Shown piece by piece: positions 8,769 through 16,067 of a DNA stretch of 19,247 bases (its first letter is position 1; each line of letters starts with the position of its first letter). The stretch comes from PVC group bacterium. Lineage in GTDB: Bacteria; Auribacterota; Erginobacteria; Erginobacterales; Erginobacteraceae. The stretch covers positions 1-19,247 of the forward strand of contig JAZDIV010000038.1 of assembly GCA_043804695.1 (NCBI GenBank). The letters run 5' to 3'. A model generated the notes under the pieces. It was not told where the DNA came from and searched no databases. It saw only the letters and a program-made list of their open reading frames with translations. Both the position numbers and the translations under genes were made by a program.

Positions 8769-9995
8769 TCACCCCGTGGTCACGGAAAGACAGAGGATCC
8801 CCCAGATGAGACTCAGAATCGTTATGGGAACTCCCGCTTTCAAATATTCCAGAAAGGAGACCCGGACCCCGTGTTTCCGGGCGCTCTCGGCCATGATCAG
8901 GTTGGCGACCGAACCGAGGAGGGTGAGGTTGCCGGCGAGCGTGCTCGCCATGGCCTGTGTCAGCCAGGCCGGACCCGGGTCGGCCAGGCCGGAAACCAGC
9001 GGGCGAAAGAGCATCACCGCGGGGACATTGGAGACGAGGTTGCTGAGCACCGTCGCCGCCGCGCTGAAGAACACGATCCCCCGGCCGGCCAGCGGCCAGA
9101 CGCTCTGGAAAAGAGCTCCGCTCACCCCCGTAGTCTCGATCGCCCGGGTGATGACGAAGAGGCCGGCGAAGAAGACGAGCAGCGACCAGTCCACCTCGCG
9201 GAAAATCCGCTCCGGCTTGAGGCGGCGGGTGATCAGGAGCAGGGCGGCGGTGGCCAGAGCCGCCAGCGGCACGGACATGCCGGCAATGAAAGCGGCCAGC
9301 ATCAGCCCGACGGCGATCAAACTTTTGAGAAGGAGCGGGCGGTACACGAAGAACCGGGCGTCGGACCGTTCGCGGAATCCCCCTTCCGGAGAGAACTCCT
9401 TCCGGTAAACGAACCTCACCACCAGCCAGACGATGACCAGGCCGCCGGCCGCTACCGGAGCGAGATGGGTCGTAAAGGAAAGAAACGAAATCCCCGACGC
9501 CGAGCCGATCAGGATGTTCTGGGGGTTCCCGATGATGGTGGCGACGGAGCCGACGTTGGCGGCGGCCGCCAGCGCGATCAGGTACGGCACGGGGTTGCGT
9601 CCCGCCCGCAGGGCGATTTCCGCCACCAGCGGCGTGAATACCAGCACGATGGTGTCGTTGAGGAAAAGGGCGGAAAGAATCCCTGACGCCCCCACGACCA
9701 GGGCCAGGAACTGGCGGGGCGTGCGGGCCTGGTTCACTATCCATCTCCCCGCCAAACGGAAGAAACCGGAGATTTTCAGGTTGCCGTTGATGATCATCAC
9801 GGCGAGGAGGAGGGCCAGTGTACTCAGGTCGAGGGCCGCGGAGGCCTGCTCCAGGGTGAGGGCCCCGGCGAGAACTAGGGCAACCGCGGCCACCAGGGCG
9901 ATGGTGGCCCGGTTCATTCTCAGTCGCGGAACCCGGCCGACCGCCACGGCGGCGAGAGAAATCACGATAATCGCGATCGGCAGGATCATCCTCAT
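8769..9995 (-). CDS. ArsB/NhaD-superfamily (ion transporter) permease
   Basis: LSALFLNDT, AANVGSVATIIGNPQNILIG, VDWSLLVFFAGLF, SNLVSNVPAV, STLAGNLTLLGSVANLI; substrate not determinable. Confidence 0.87.
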   Translation of the reverse strand: MRMILPIAIIVISLAAVAVGRVPRLRMNRATIALVAAVALVLAGALTLEQASAALDLSTLALLLAVMIINGNLKISGFFRLAGRWIVNQARTPRQFLALVVGASGILSALFLNDTIVLVFTPLVAEIALRAGRNPVPYLIALAAAANVGSVATIIGNPQNILIGSASGISFLSFTTHLAPVAAGGLVIVWLVVRFVYRKEFSPEGGFRERSDARFFVYRPLLLKSLIAVGLMLAAFIAGMSVPLAALATAALLLITRRLKPERIFREVDWSLLVFFAGLFVITRAIETTGVSGALFQSVWPLAGRGIVFFSAAATVLSNLVSNVPAVMLFRPLVSGLADPGPAWLTQAMASTLAGNLTLLGSVANLIMAESARKHGVRVSFLEYLKAGVPITILSLIWGILCLSVTTG

Positions 9996-10078
9996 TACCC
10001 TGAAAAATTATCAGAACCGGGCGTTACCCGGATTATAAAAAAACCGGAAAAAATAACGCAACAAAGCAACACCATCCC

Positions 10079-10150
10079 CTTACCGGAAGTGATAACCAGC
10101 GGTCGGCGGACTTACCGGAAGGGAAGATTTGATAACCAGCGGTCGGCGGA
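10079..10150. repeat. Tandem duplication of the ATPase gene 3' end
   Basis: 10079-10110 CTTACCGGAAG-TGATAACCAGCGGTCGGCGGA versus 10111-10150 CTTACCGGAAG-GGAAGATT-TGATAACCAGCGGTCGGCGGA; identical apart from an 8-nt gap. Confidence 0.9.
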
Positions 10151-11335
10151 GACGATCAAGAATTTTTCCTCGTTCACAATCGCTTTTCTGGACACCCCCG
10201 GTTTATTGACAAGCTGAACTGCCGGCACTCCCATGGTTTTTTTCATCTTGATCAATCCGGGAGCGGGTTCGGTATTTCCGAGCTTGGTCTCGATCAGGAG
10301 AAACGGTTTCCCCTCCCGGCTGATCATAAAGTCCACCTCGTTTTTCTGCCGATCGCGGATAAAGCGCAGTTCGAACCGGCCCTGGCCGGCTTCGGTCCAG
10401 CCGGTCACTGCTTTCAATAGGTGAAGACCGACCATGTTTTCAAATCTGGCCGCCGGATCCGGTACGGCTGCCCAATCGAAAAAATAGAGCTTGGTCTCCT
10501 TCTGCACGGCGCGAGCAATTCTTTTATGCCAGGGACGAATGATGAAAACGATGTAAAAGTTGGCAAAGATCATGATCCAGTTCTGCAGGGTCTCATGTGC
10601 GACTTTTATATCTTCCCGGAGCGAATTGATCGATAATAAGCTTCCGACTTTGCCGGGCAGAAGCGACGAGAGAATTTCCATCTGCACGATGTTGTGAATG
10701 TGTCTGAGGTCGCGGATATCCTCCCGCACGATTTGCCGGAGATAGGGACCCGACCAACGCCGGTAGAAAGTGTCTTCCCCCTTGATAAAAGGCTCCGGAA
10801 AACCGCTCAATCTCTCCAAATCCTTCCATGTTCCCCACAGGTTCCTTCCCCCTTCCGGCAACTCGTCAGGATTATCCAGAAATTCTTTTAATGATTTTTT
10901 CCCCCCGGCCAACTCCCCGATGGTCAGGGGGAAAAGGTGGTGATACAGGTATCTCCCGCTCAGACTGTCGCCGCCTTTTTGATATAAATCCAGCCGGCCA
11001 CTTCCGGTAATCAGGAAGTGAAACTCTCCTCGCCCGGCATCGAAGGCTCCCTTCAGATAATTTTTCCATCCCGGATATTTATGGATTTCATCCAGCACAA
11101 TCAATGGTTTCACGCCCTGGGGCCGGTCGATTTCTTGAAAGAATGCCGGTTTCGCGGACAAAAGCAACCGGTCTCCCGGAATATCGAAGTTCCAGTACCG
11201 ACCGGCAGACTCCTTTTTCATCATCATTTTAGCCAGAATGGTTTTCCCGGATTGACGGGGACCGGAGACAAAGATCATCTGGTCATTCTGACGGAAGCTT
11301 TCCTGAAGGATATCATGGAGATCGCGCTTGATCAT
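10112..11335 (-). CDS. AAA_14/DUF4143-type ATP-binding protein; probable start ATG 11335 (MIKRDL)
   Basis: Walker A GPRQSGKT, Walker B LDEIHK, ITGS, SLSGR, GFPEP, KLYFFD, FENMV, EVDF...IETK. Confidence 0.88.
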   Translation of the reverse strand: MIKRDLHDILQESFRQNDQMIFVSGPRQSGKTILAKMMMKKESAGRYWNFDIPGDRLLLSAKPAFFQEIDRPQGVKPLIVLDEIHKYPGWKNYLKGAFDAGRGEFHFLITGSGRLDLYQKGGDSLSGRYLYHHLFPLTIGELAGGKKSLKEFLDNPDELPEGGRNLWGTWKDLERLSGFPEPFIKGEDTFYRRWSGPYLRQIVREDIRDLRHIHNIVQMEILSSLLPGKVGSLLSINSLREDIKVAHETLQNWIMIFANFYIVFIIRPWHKRIARAVQKETKLYFFDWAAVPDPAARFENMVGLHLLKAVTGWTEAGQGRFELRFIRDRQKNEVDFMISREGKPFLLIETKLGNTEPAPGLIKMKKTMGVPAVQLVNKPGVSRKAIVNEEKFLIVSADRWLSNLPFR

Positions 11336-11342
11336 GGTAACA

Positions 11343-11376
11343 ATATTAGATACCACTCTACTTTTGTCAATGACAA
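11343..11376 (-). promoter_or_regulatory. sigma70-type promoter (probably leaderless) with palindrome over -35
   Basis: TTGACA (11370-11365), 16 nt, TAATAT (11348-11343), 7 nt, ATG 11335; perfect TTGTCA-A-TGACAA at 11364-11376. Confidence 0.55.
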
Positions 11377-11463
11377 TTTCAGAGTAGCATCTAATCAAGC
11401 CGGAATCAGGGGGGCGGCGCCAGATCCGCCGCGGTTGTTTATCGGCCCCGGATTAATCCGGGT

Positions 11464-11798
11464 GGATCTTCTCCAAATCAGTTGAAGCTTCGGAATCGAG
11501 TTATTCTCAATTCATTTTGTTTTAAAGAGCCAGACGATGATTCTGAGGAGAAAACTCCCTCTCCCCCATTTTTGGGGGGAGAGGGTTGGGGTGAGGGGGT
11601 GCCAAATCCCGAGCCTGGTAATTATATCCCCTCACCCTTGCCCTCTCCCCTTAAAAAGGGGAGAGGGTATTCGTTTTGATTGCATCACTGTGATCAATAA
11701 AAATGCCGAACGGGTCTTTTTAGTATATATTTGCCTTTATTTTAAGGAGATACACATTCAAGCCTTGCCAGTAACTTCAACCGATTTGGAGAAGATCC
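11464..11798. mobile_element. MITE (non-autonomous IS derivative), 335 bp
   Basis: TIRs GGATCTTCTCCAAATC(A/G)GTTGAAG at 11464-11487 and 11775-11798 (23/24 match); flanking 8-bp direct repeat ATCCGGGT at 11456-11463 and 11799-11806; no transposase inside. Confidence 0.9.
11557..11667. repeat. Inverted pair of BoxC-like/REP-like palindromic units inside the MITE
   Basis: CCCTCTCCCCC-N7-GGGGGAGAGGG-TTGGGGTGAGGGG (11557-11598) and CCCCTCACCC-TTG-CCCTCTCCCC-N7-GGGGAGAGGG (11628-11667). Confidence 0.8.
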
Positions 11799-11951
11799 AT
11801 CCGGGTTTCTATTTATCGTTCAATATGTTGCGGATAGCAGCCATGCTGATACGGCGACAGTATATTGTTTTTTCTTTCCGGCCCGGCCGGTCGATCCTGC
11901 CTTCCGGACTGATACCGGGATGGCGATTCCGGGGATTGAACCCCGCCCTCC

Positions 11952-12056
11952 TTATCTCGTCACCGGGAGATCGCCGCTTTCGCCGAAGTAGAGACGGGTA
12001 ACGCCTCTCACCGCCCAGCGGCCAAAGGTCCCCCGGAAGACGCCGATCGTATCGGT
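11952..12056 (-). pseudogene. Orphan 3' fragment of a paralogue of the 844-aa protein (final C-terminal repeat)
   Basis: Manual translation TDTIGVFRGTFGRWAVRGVTRLYFGESGDLPVTR* versus DDAGIFRGSSGLWAIRGISRVYYGSSSDVPVTR*; in-frame TGA at 12107-12105 with no ATG/GTG/TTG between it and the fragment. Confidence 0.85.
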
Positions 12057-12079
12057 AATCGGTGGCCAGTGGCCTTTAC

Positions 12080-12121
12080 CTATGCCCTTTGCTCTATGCG
12101 CTGATCACTGATTACTGATTA
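12080..12121. repeat. Degenerate heptamer tandem repeat
   Basis: CTATGCC CTTTGCT CTATGCG CTGATCA CTGATTA CTGATTA. Confidence 0.6.
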
Positions 12122-12133
12122 CTTCTTCTCCCC

Positions 12134-14668
12134 TTACCGCGTCACCGGCACATCACTGCTGGAACCGTAGTAAACCCGGCTGATGCCCCTGATCGCCCAC
12201 AACCCCGACGATCCCCGGAAGATCCCCGCATCATCGGACGCGTCTCCATTGTAATCGGCCGGGACCGGACGGTCGGAAACGTTCCCGAAATAGCTCCTGG
12301 TCACCCCCCGGATCGCCCAGAGACCGGAGGCCCCCCGGAAGATCCCGGGCTCCCAGAAGCCGTCCCCGTTGTAGTCCCCCGGGACGACCGCGTCGGAAGA
12401 GGACCCGAAGTAAACGCGGCTGATCCCCTTGATCGCCCACAGGCCTGACGAGGGTCGGAAGATCCCGATGTCCTTCTGGGCCGTCCCCTCATAATACCCC
12501 GGAACCGGGATGTCGGACGATCCCCCGAAGTAAACCCTCGTCACCCCCCGCACCGCCCACAAACCGGACCCGGAGCGGAAGATGCCGATGTCGGCGGTCC
12601 CGTCCGCGTTGTAGTCACCGGTCACCGGCATGTCCGACGACCCCCCGAAATAAACCCGGGAGACCCCCCGCAGCCCCCAGAGGCCGCTGGTCGGACGAAA
12701 GATCCCTATCTCGGTGGTCCGGTCGCCGTCATAATCACCGGGGACGACCGTGTCCGACGAGCCGCCGAAGTACGCCCGGGTCACCCCCCTGATCGCCCAC
12801 AAACCCGACGATCCGCGGAAGATCGCGATATCCGAGGTCCCGTCACCGTTAAAATCGGTGATCCAGGGCGCGGCGGAGGCCGAGAATCTCCCCCCGCCGT
12901 AATGGAGAATCGCGCCGCCTTCGCCGGCCACGTAAACATCGGTCCCGGACGACCCCCAGACCGCGTTCAGGCTGCTTGAACAGGGGATCCCGGTATCGGT
13001 CCAGGAATGGCCGTCGTAGTGGTGAACCCTCCCCCAGACCTGGTCCCCCGAGCCGATCTCCGTGTTAACGGTAAAGATATCATCGGCGCCGCTCCCCCAG
13101 ATCCCGGCGAAGTTTTTGTAATGGAGACCGGTGGAGACCTCGGTCCACCCGGCGCCGTCATAATGCAGCATCGTCTCGTTGCCGACGGCATAAACATCGG
13201 TCGGGGAACTTCCCCATACCCCGTACAAGGTATCGCCGCCGAAGGTGCCGGACGACCAGTTGCTCCCGTCGTAATGGCAGACGGTCCCTCCTCCCCCGAC
13301 CGCGAAGACGTCGGTCTGGGAACTCCCCCAGACTCCATATAAGAGGCGGTCGCTAAAGGTGCCCTGCGACCAGTTACTCCCGTCGTAATGGCAGATATCC
13401 CCCACTCCTCCGACCGCGAAGACGTCGGTCTGGGAGCTCCCCCAGATGGCCGCGACGGGGTTTATCTCCAGATCGGTCAGCGCCGACCAGGAAGTCCCGT
13501 TAAAGCGCGAGATCAAACCGTACTCCCCGCCGACCAGGACGTTGTCGGCGGCGCTCCCCCAGACCGAGGTCGAGTGCTCGTCCAGCGTGAAGACGCTCCA
13601 GGATGAACCGTTGAAATGCAGATTGGCGTGGCGTTCGGGGTCGGCGGTTTCATCGTAAACGGCATCGGCGCCGACCGCGTAGACGTTGGTCGATGAGATC
13701 CCCCAGACGCCCTCGAAGTCGCGGTCGGGGAAGCGGTTGACCGGCATCCATTCGTTTTCGTCCCACGAGAGGATGGCGCCGTTTCCCCCCACGACGAATA
13801 CCTCTCCCGAACCGTTCCCCGCCACGTCGTAAAGGTAACACGCGGTGGGGACGGTCAGGTCGGTCCAGGAACCACCGTCATAGCGAAAAACCCTGGCCGG
13901 GTTATTAGCGCTGACCGCGTAAACATCGTTTCCGGAAGTCCCCCAGACCCCCTCGAGATCGTAACTCCCGACCGTGGTCGAAGTCCAGGAAGTCCCGTTG
14001 TAATGGTATATCCTGCCTCCGTCCCGAACCGCAAAGACATCGGTGTTCGAGCTGCCCCAGATCCGCCGCAGGTCCGAGCCTACGCTCCCGAGGTCGTTCA
14101 TCGTGGACCAGACCGACCCGTTGTAACGGAGAATATACCGCCCAGCGGCGGCGAAGACATCGGAAGATGAGGTCCCCCAGAACCCAGTGAAAGTATTGTA
14201 GAACCCGCCGGGGGAGATGTCGGTCCAGCTGCTCCCGTCATAGAAGTACACCTTGCCCCCGGTGCCGCCGGCGAAGACGGCGTTCGCGGACGCCCCCCAG
14301 ACGGAATAGAGGACATACCAATCCACTTTCCGCAGCGTCCAGGAACTCCCGTTGTAATGGTAGATGCCCCCGTCGGAGGTAGAATCCGCCTCCTCCCCGA
14401 CGGCATAAATGTCGGAGGAGGAACTAGCCCAAACGTCATAAAGCTCATCATCATAGGGAAAGGTTAGCAGCGACCAGGCGCTGCCGTCGTAACGGACGAC
14501 GGTGCCGCCTTCCCCGACGGCGTAGATCTCGCCCCCGACCGCGCAGGCGCTGTTGTAAGTGTTTCCCTGGGGGAGCGGGTTTACCCACTGCCAGGGGGAG
14601 ACCGCCCCCCGGGCGGACGACGATGCCAGAATGCAGACAGAAACCACTGCCAGAATAGCTTTACTCAT
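12134..14668 (-). CDS. Secreted repeat protein: 14 beta-propeller-like repeats plus six 40-aa FG-GAP/VCBS-like C-terminal repeats
   Basis: Signal-peptide-like N-terminus (MSKAILAVVSVCILASSSARG), GGAGG upstream; 14 units resembling VWGSS.tDVfAVG..G.i.HYDG..W; six units resembling DYnGDg..dIGIFR.sSGLWAiRGvtRvYFG.sSD.pVpg at 12137-12856. Confidence 0.88.
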   Translation of the reverse strand: MSKAILAVVSVCILASSSARGAVSPWQWVNPLPQGNTYNSACAVGGEIYAVGEGGTVVRYDGSAWSLLTFPYDDELYDVWASSSSDIYAVGEEADSTSDGGIYHYNGSSWTLRKVDWYVLYSVWGASANAVFAGGTGGKVYFYDGSSWTDISPGGFYNTFTGFWGTSSSDVFAAAGRYILRYNGSVWSTMNDLGSVGSDLRRIWGSSNTDVFAVRDGGRIYHYNGTSWTSTTVGSYDLEGVWGTSGNDVYAVSANNPARVFRYDGGSWTDLTVPTACYLYDVAGNGSGEVFVVGGNGAILSWDENEWMPVNRFPDRDFEGVWGISSTNVYAVGADAVYDETADPERHANLHFNGSSWSVFTLDEHSTSVWGSAADNVLVGGEYGLISRFNGTSWSALTDLEINPVAAIWGSSQTDVFAVGGVGDICHYDGSNWSQGTFSDRLLYGVWGSSQTDVFAVGGGGTVCHYDGSNWSSGTFGGDTLYGVWGSSPTDVYAVGNETMLHYDGAGWTEVSTGLHYKNFAGIWGSGADDIFTVNTEIGSGDQVWGRVHHYDGHSWTDTGIPCSSSLNAVWGSSGTDVYVAGEGGAILHYGGGRFSASAAPWITDFNGDGTSDIAIFRGSSGLWAIRGVTRAYFGGSSDTVVPGDYDGDRTTEIGIFRPTSGLWGLRGVSRVYFGGSSDMPVTGDYNADGTADIGIFRSGSGLWAVRGVTRVYFGGSSDIPVPGYYEGTAQKDIGIFRPSSGLWAIKGISRVYFGSSSDAVVPGDYNGDGFWEPGIFRGASGLWAIRGVTRSYFGNVSDRPVPADYNGDASDDAGIFRGSSGLWAIRGISRVYYGSSSDVPVTR

Positions 14669-14895
14669 TCGTCAATCCTCCCCGGTTTAAACCGGATTGT
14701 TGATGACTGCTCTTCCTGTTGACGGGACGGAATTTCCGGACCGCGAATAATATCAATCTCGAGGACGCTCCGCAATCCATATTCAGCGGTGATCCGATTG
14801 ACCCCTACCGGGATGAATGATATCCTCATTAAATGGGATGTATCACTATGTCTGCCATCCGTCATATCATGACCGATAATGAGTAACCACTGAGT

Positions 14896-15849
14896 ATGAT
14901 CACCATCTACGAATTCACTGAAGGGGCTATCACCCGCGGCTTTCCCCTGGTCATGGCCTGCGGTTTTTTTGACGGCGTCCACCGGGGACACCAGGCCCTT
15001 CTGCGGGCATCCTCGGAGGAGGCGCGGAACCGGGGCGGAAAAGCGGTGGCTCTGAGCTTCTCTCCCCACCCCCAATCGGTAATCCAGCCCGGGAAAAAGG
15101 TGCGTCTCCTGACTTCCCGGGAACAGAAAATCCGTCTCTTCGAAGCGTATGGTCTGGACGGATGCATCCTGCTTGATTTTTCCGAGGGCATCAGACGCAT
15201 GAAGCCGGAAGACTTCATCGGTTTTTTGCGCGGGGAATTCCCCCACCTGGCTCATCTCGTCGGCGGCGGGAACTGGAGGTTTGGAGCCGGCAACCGCGGA
15301 GACGCGGTATTGCTGGGCCGGATAGCGGAGTCGAACGGCCTGGGGATAACAGCGGTCGATCCGGTGACCTGGGAAGGCGAGCCGATCTCCAGTTCGCGCA
15401 TTCGCCGGGCGGTGGCGGACGGTGATCTTCGCTCCGTCCATGCCATGCTCGGACGCCCCTTTCAGGTGATCGGCAGGGTCAGGCACGGCCACCAGATCGG
15501 GCGCCGGTTGGGCTTTCCAACCGCCAACATCCAGCCGGATGAAGTACTGCTGCTCCCGGCCGGGATCTACGCCACCCTCACCCTTGTCGACGGCGGGGAA
15601 TATCCATCCGTGACCTATATCGGCCGCCGGCCGACCTTCGAGGACACCGGGGGCGACCAGTTCATCGAGGTCTTTATCATGGATCAGGAACTTGACCTGT
15701 ACGGCAGGGAACTCGAGGTCTCCTTCATAAAGAAGATCCGGGAGGATAAAATGTTCGATTCCCCGGAGGCTTTGAGCCGGCAGATCGCGAGGGACGTGGA
15801 AGAAGCACGAAGCATCCTTGCCGAATCGGTCTCCGGACGGGAGGCATGA
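14896..15849 (+). CDS. ribF: Bifunctional riboflavin kinase / FAD synthetase
   Basis: GFFDGVHRGHQ, SFSPHP, ISSSRIR, GRRLGFPTANI, GRRPTF, LYG, QIARDV. Confidence 0.95.
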   Translation: MITIYEFTEGAITRGFPLVMACGFFDGVHRGHQALLRASSEEARNRGGKAVALSFSPHPQSVIQPGKKVRLLTSREQKIRLFEAYGLDGCILLDFSEGIRRMKPEDFIGFLRGEFPHLAHLVGGGNWRFGAGNRGDAVLLGRIAESNGLGITAVDPVTWEGEPISSSRIRRAVADGDLRSVHAMLGRPFQVIGRVRHGHQIGRRLGFPTANIQPDEVLLLPAGIYATLTLVDGGEYPSVTYIGRRPTFEDTGGDQFIEVFIMDQELDLYGRELEVSFIKKIREDKMFDSPEALSRQIARDVEEARSILAESVSGREA

Positions 15850-15881
15850 GAGAAGCTTCCGGGATTTTTTAAGCCCGATGA

Positions 15882-16058
15882 TCAATCCATAAACCAGTCA
15901 ACCGCCTTCGCGACCTCCTCCGGCGGCGGAGCGGCATGACCCAGCCCCGGACAGACGGCCAGCCTTACCGGAATTCCTGCCGCCTCCAGTGCGTCCCTGG
16001 TCCGTTTATTATTTTCCAGCAGACTGTCTTCGCTCCCGACCACCATGTAAACCTTCAT
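15882..16058 (-). CDS. 58-aa ORF resembling the C-terminal part of an alpha/beta-hydrolase (small gene or remnant)
   Basis: Manual translation MKVYMVVGSEDSLLENNKRTRDALEAAGIPVRLAVCPGLGHAAPPPEEVAKAVDWFMD*; GxxD and GLGH motifs, no GxSxG; AAGGGG upstream. Confidence 0.65.
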   Translation of the reverse strand: MKVYMVVGSEDSLLENNKRTRDALEAAGIPVRLAVCPGLGHAAPPPEEVAKAVDWFMD

Positions 16059-16067
16059 TTTCCCCTT

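Noticed and set aside
10005..10080. Possible fluoride riboswitch upstream of the ArsB/NhaD permease (GGGGATGGTGTT...AACGCC)
   Set aside because: P1 pairing is poor and the conserved CUGAUG/CUAAUG segment before the pseudoknot is absent; an Rfam crcB scan would settle it
11336..11398. ORF-track N-terminal extension of the AAA ATPase
   Set aside because: It overlaps a good -35/-10 promoter; MIKR about 25 aa before Walker A fits the family start better
11920..11976. tRNA-like T-arm on the minus strand (CGGGGTTCAATCCCCGGAATCGCCA)
   Set aside because: Only about 55 nt between possible acceptor strands, no D or anticodon arm, and it overlaps the orphan coding fragment; more likely a simple hairpin after that stop
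11537..12001. 154-aa and 65-aa + strand ORFs over the MITE as a possible transposase
   Set aside because: They translate the BoxC-like repeats, show no DDE or HUH motif, and the longer one runs across the element boundary
12134..12856. Regular 120-nt DNA periodicity as a CRISPR-like array
   Set aside because: Fully explained by in-frame protein repeats
14700..14825. Possible FMN riboswitch upstream of ribF
   Set aside because: Only a loose resemblance (CGGGACGGAATTTCCGGACC); conserved RFN blocks are missing
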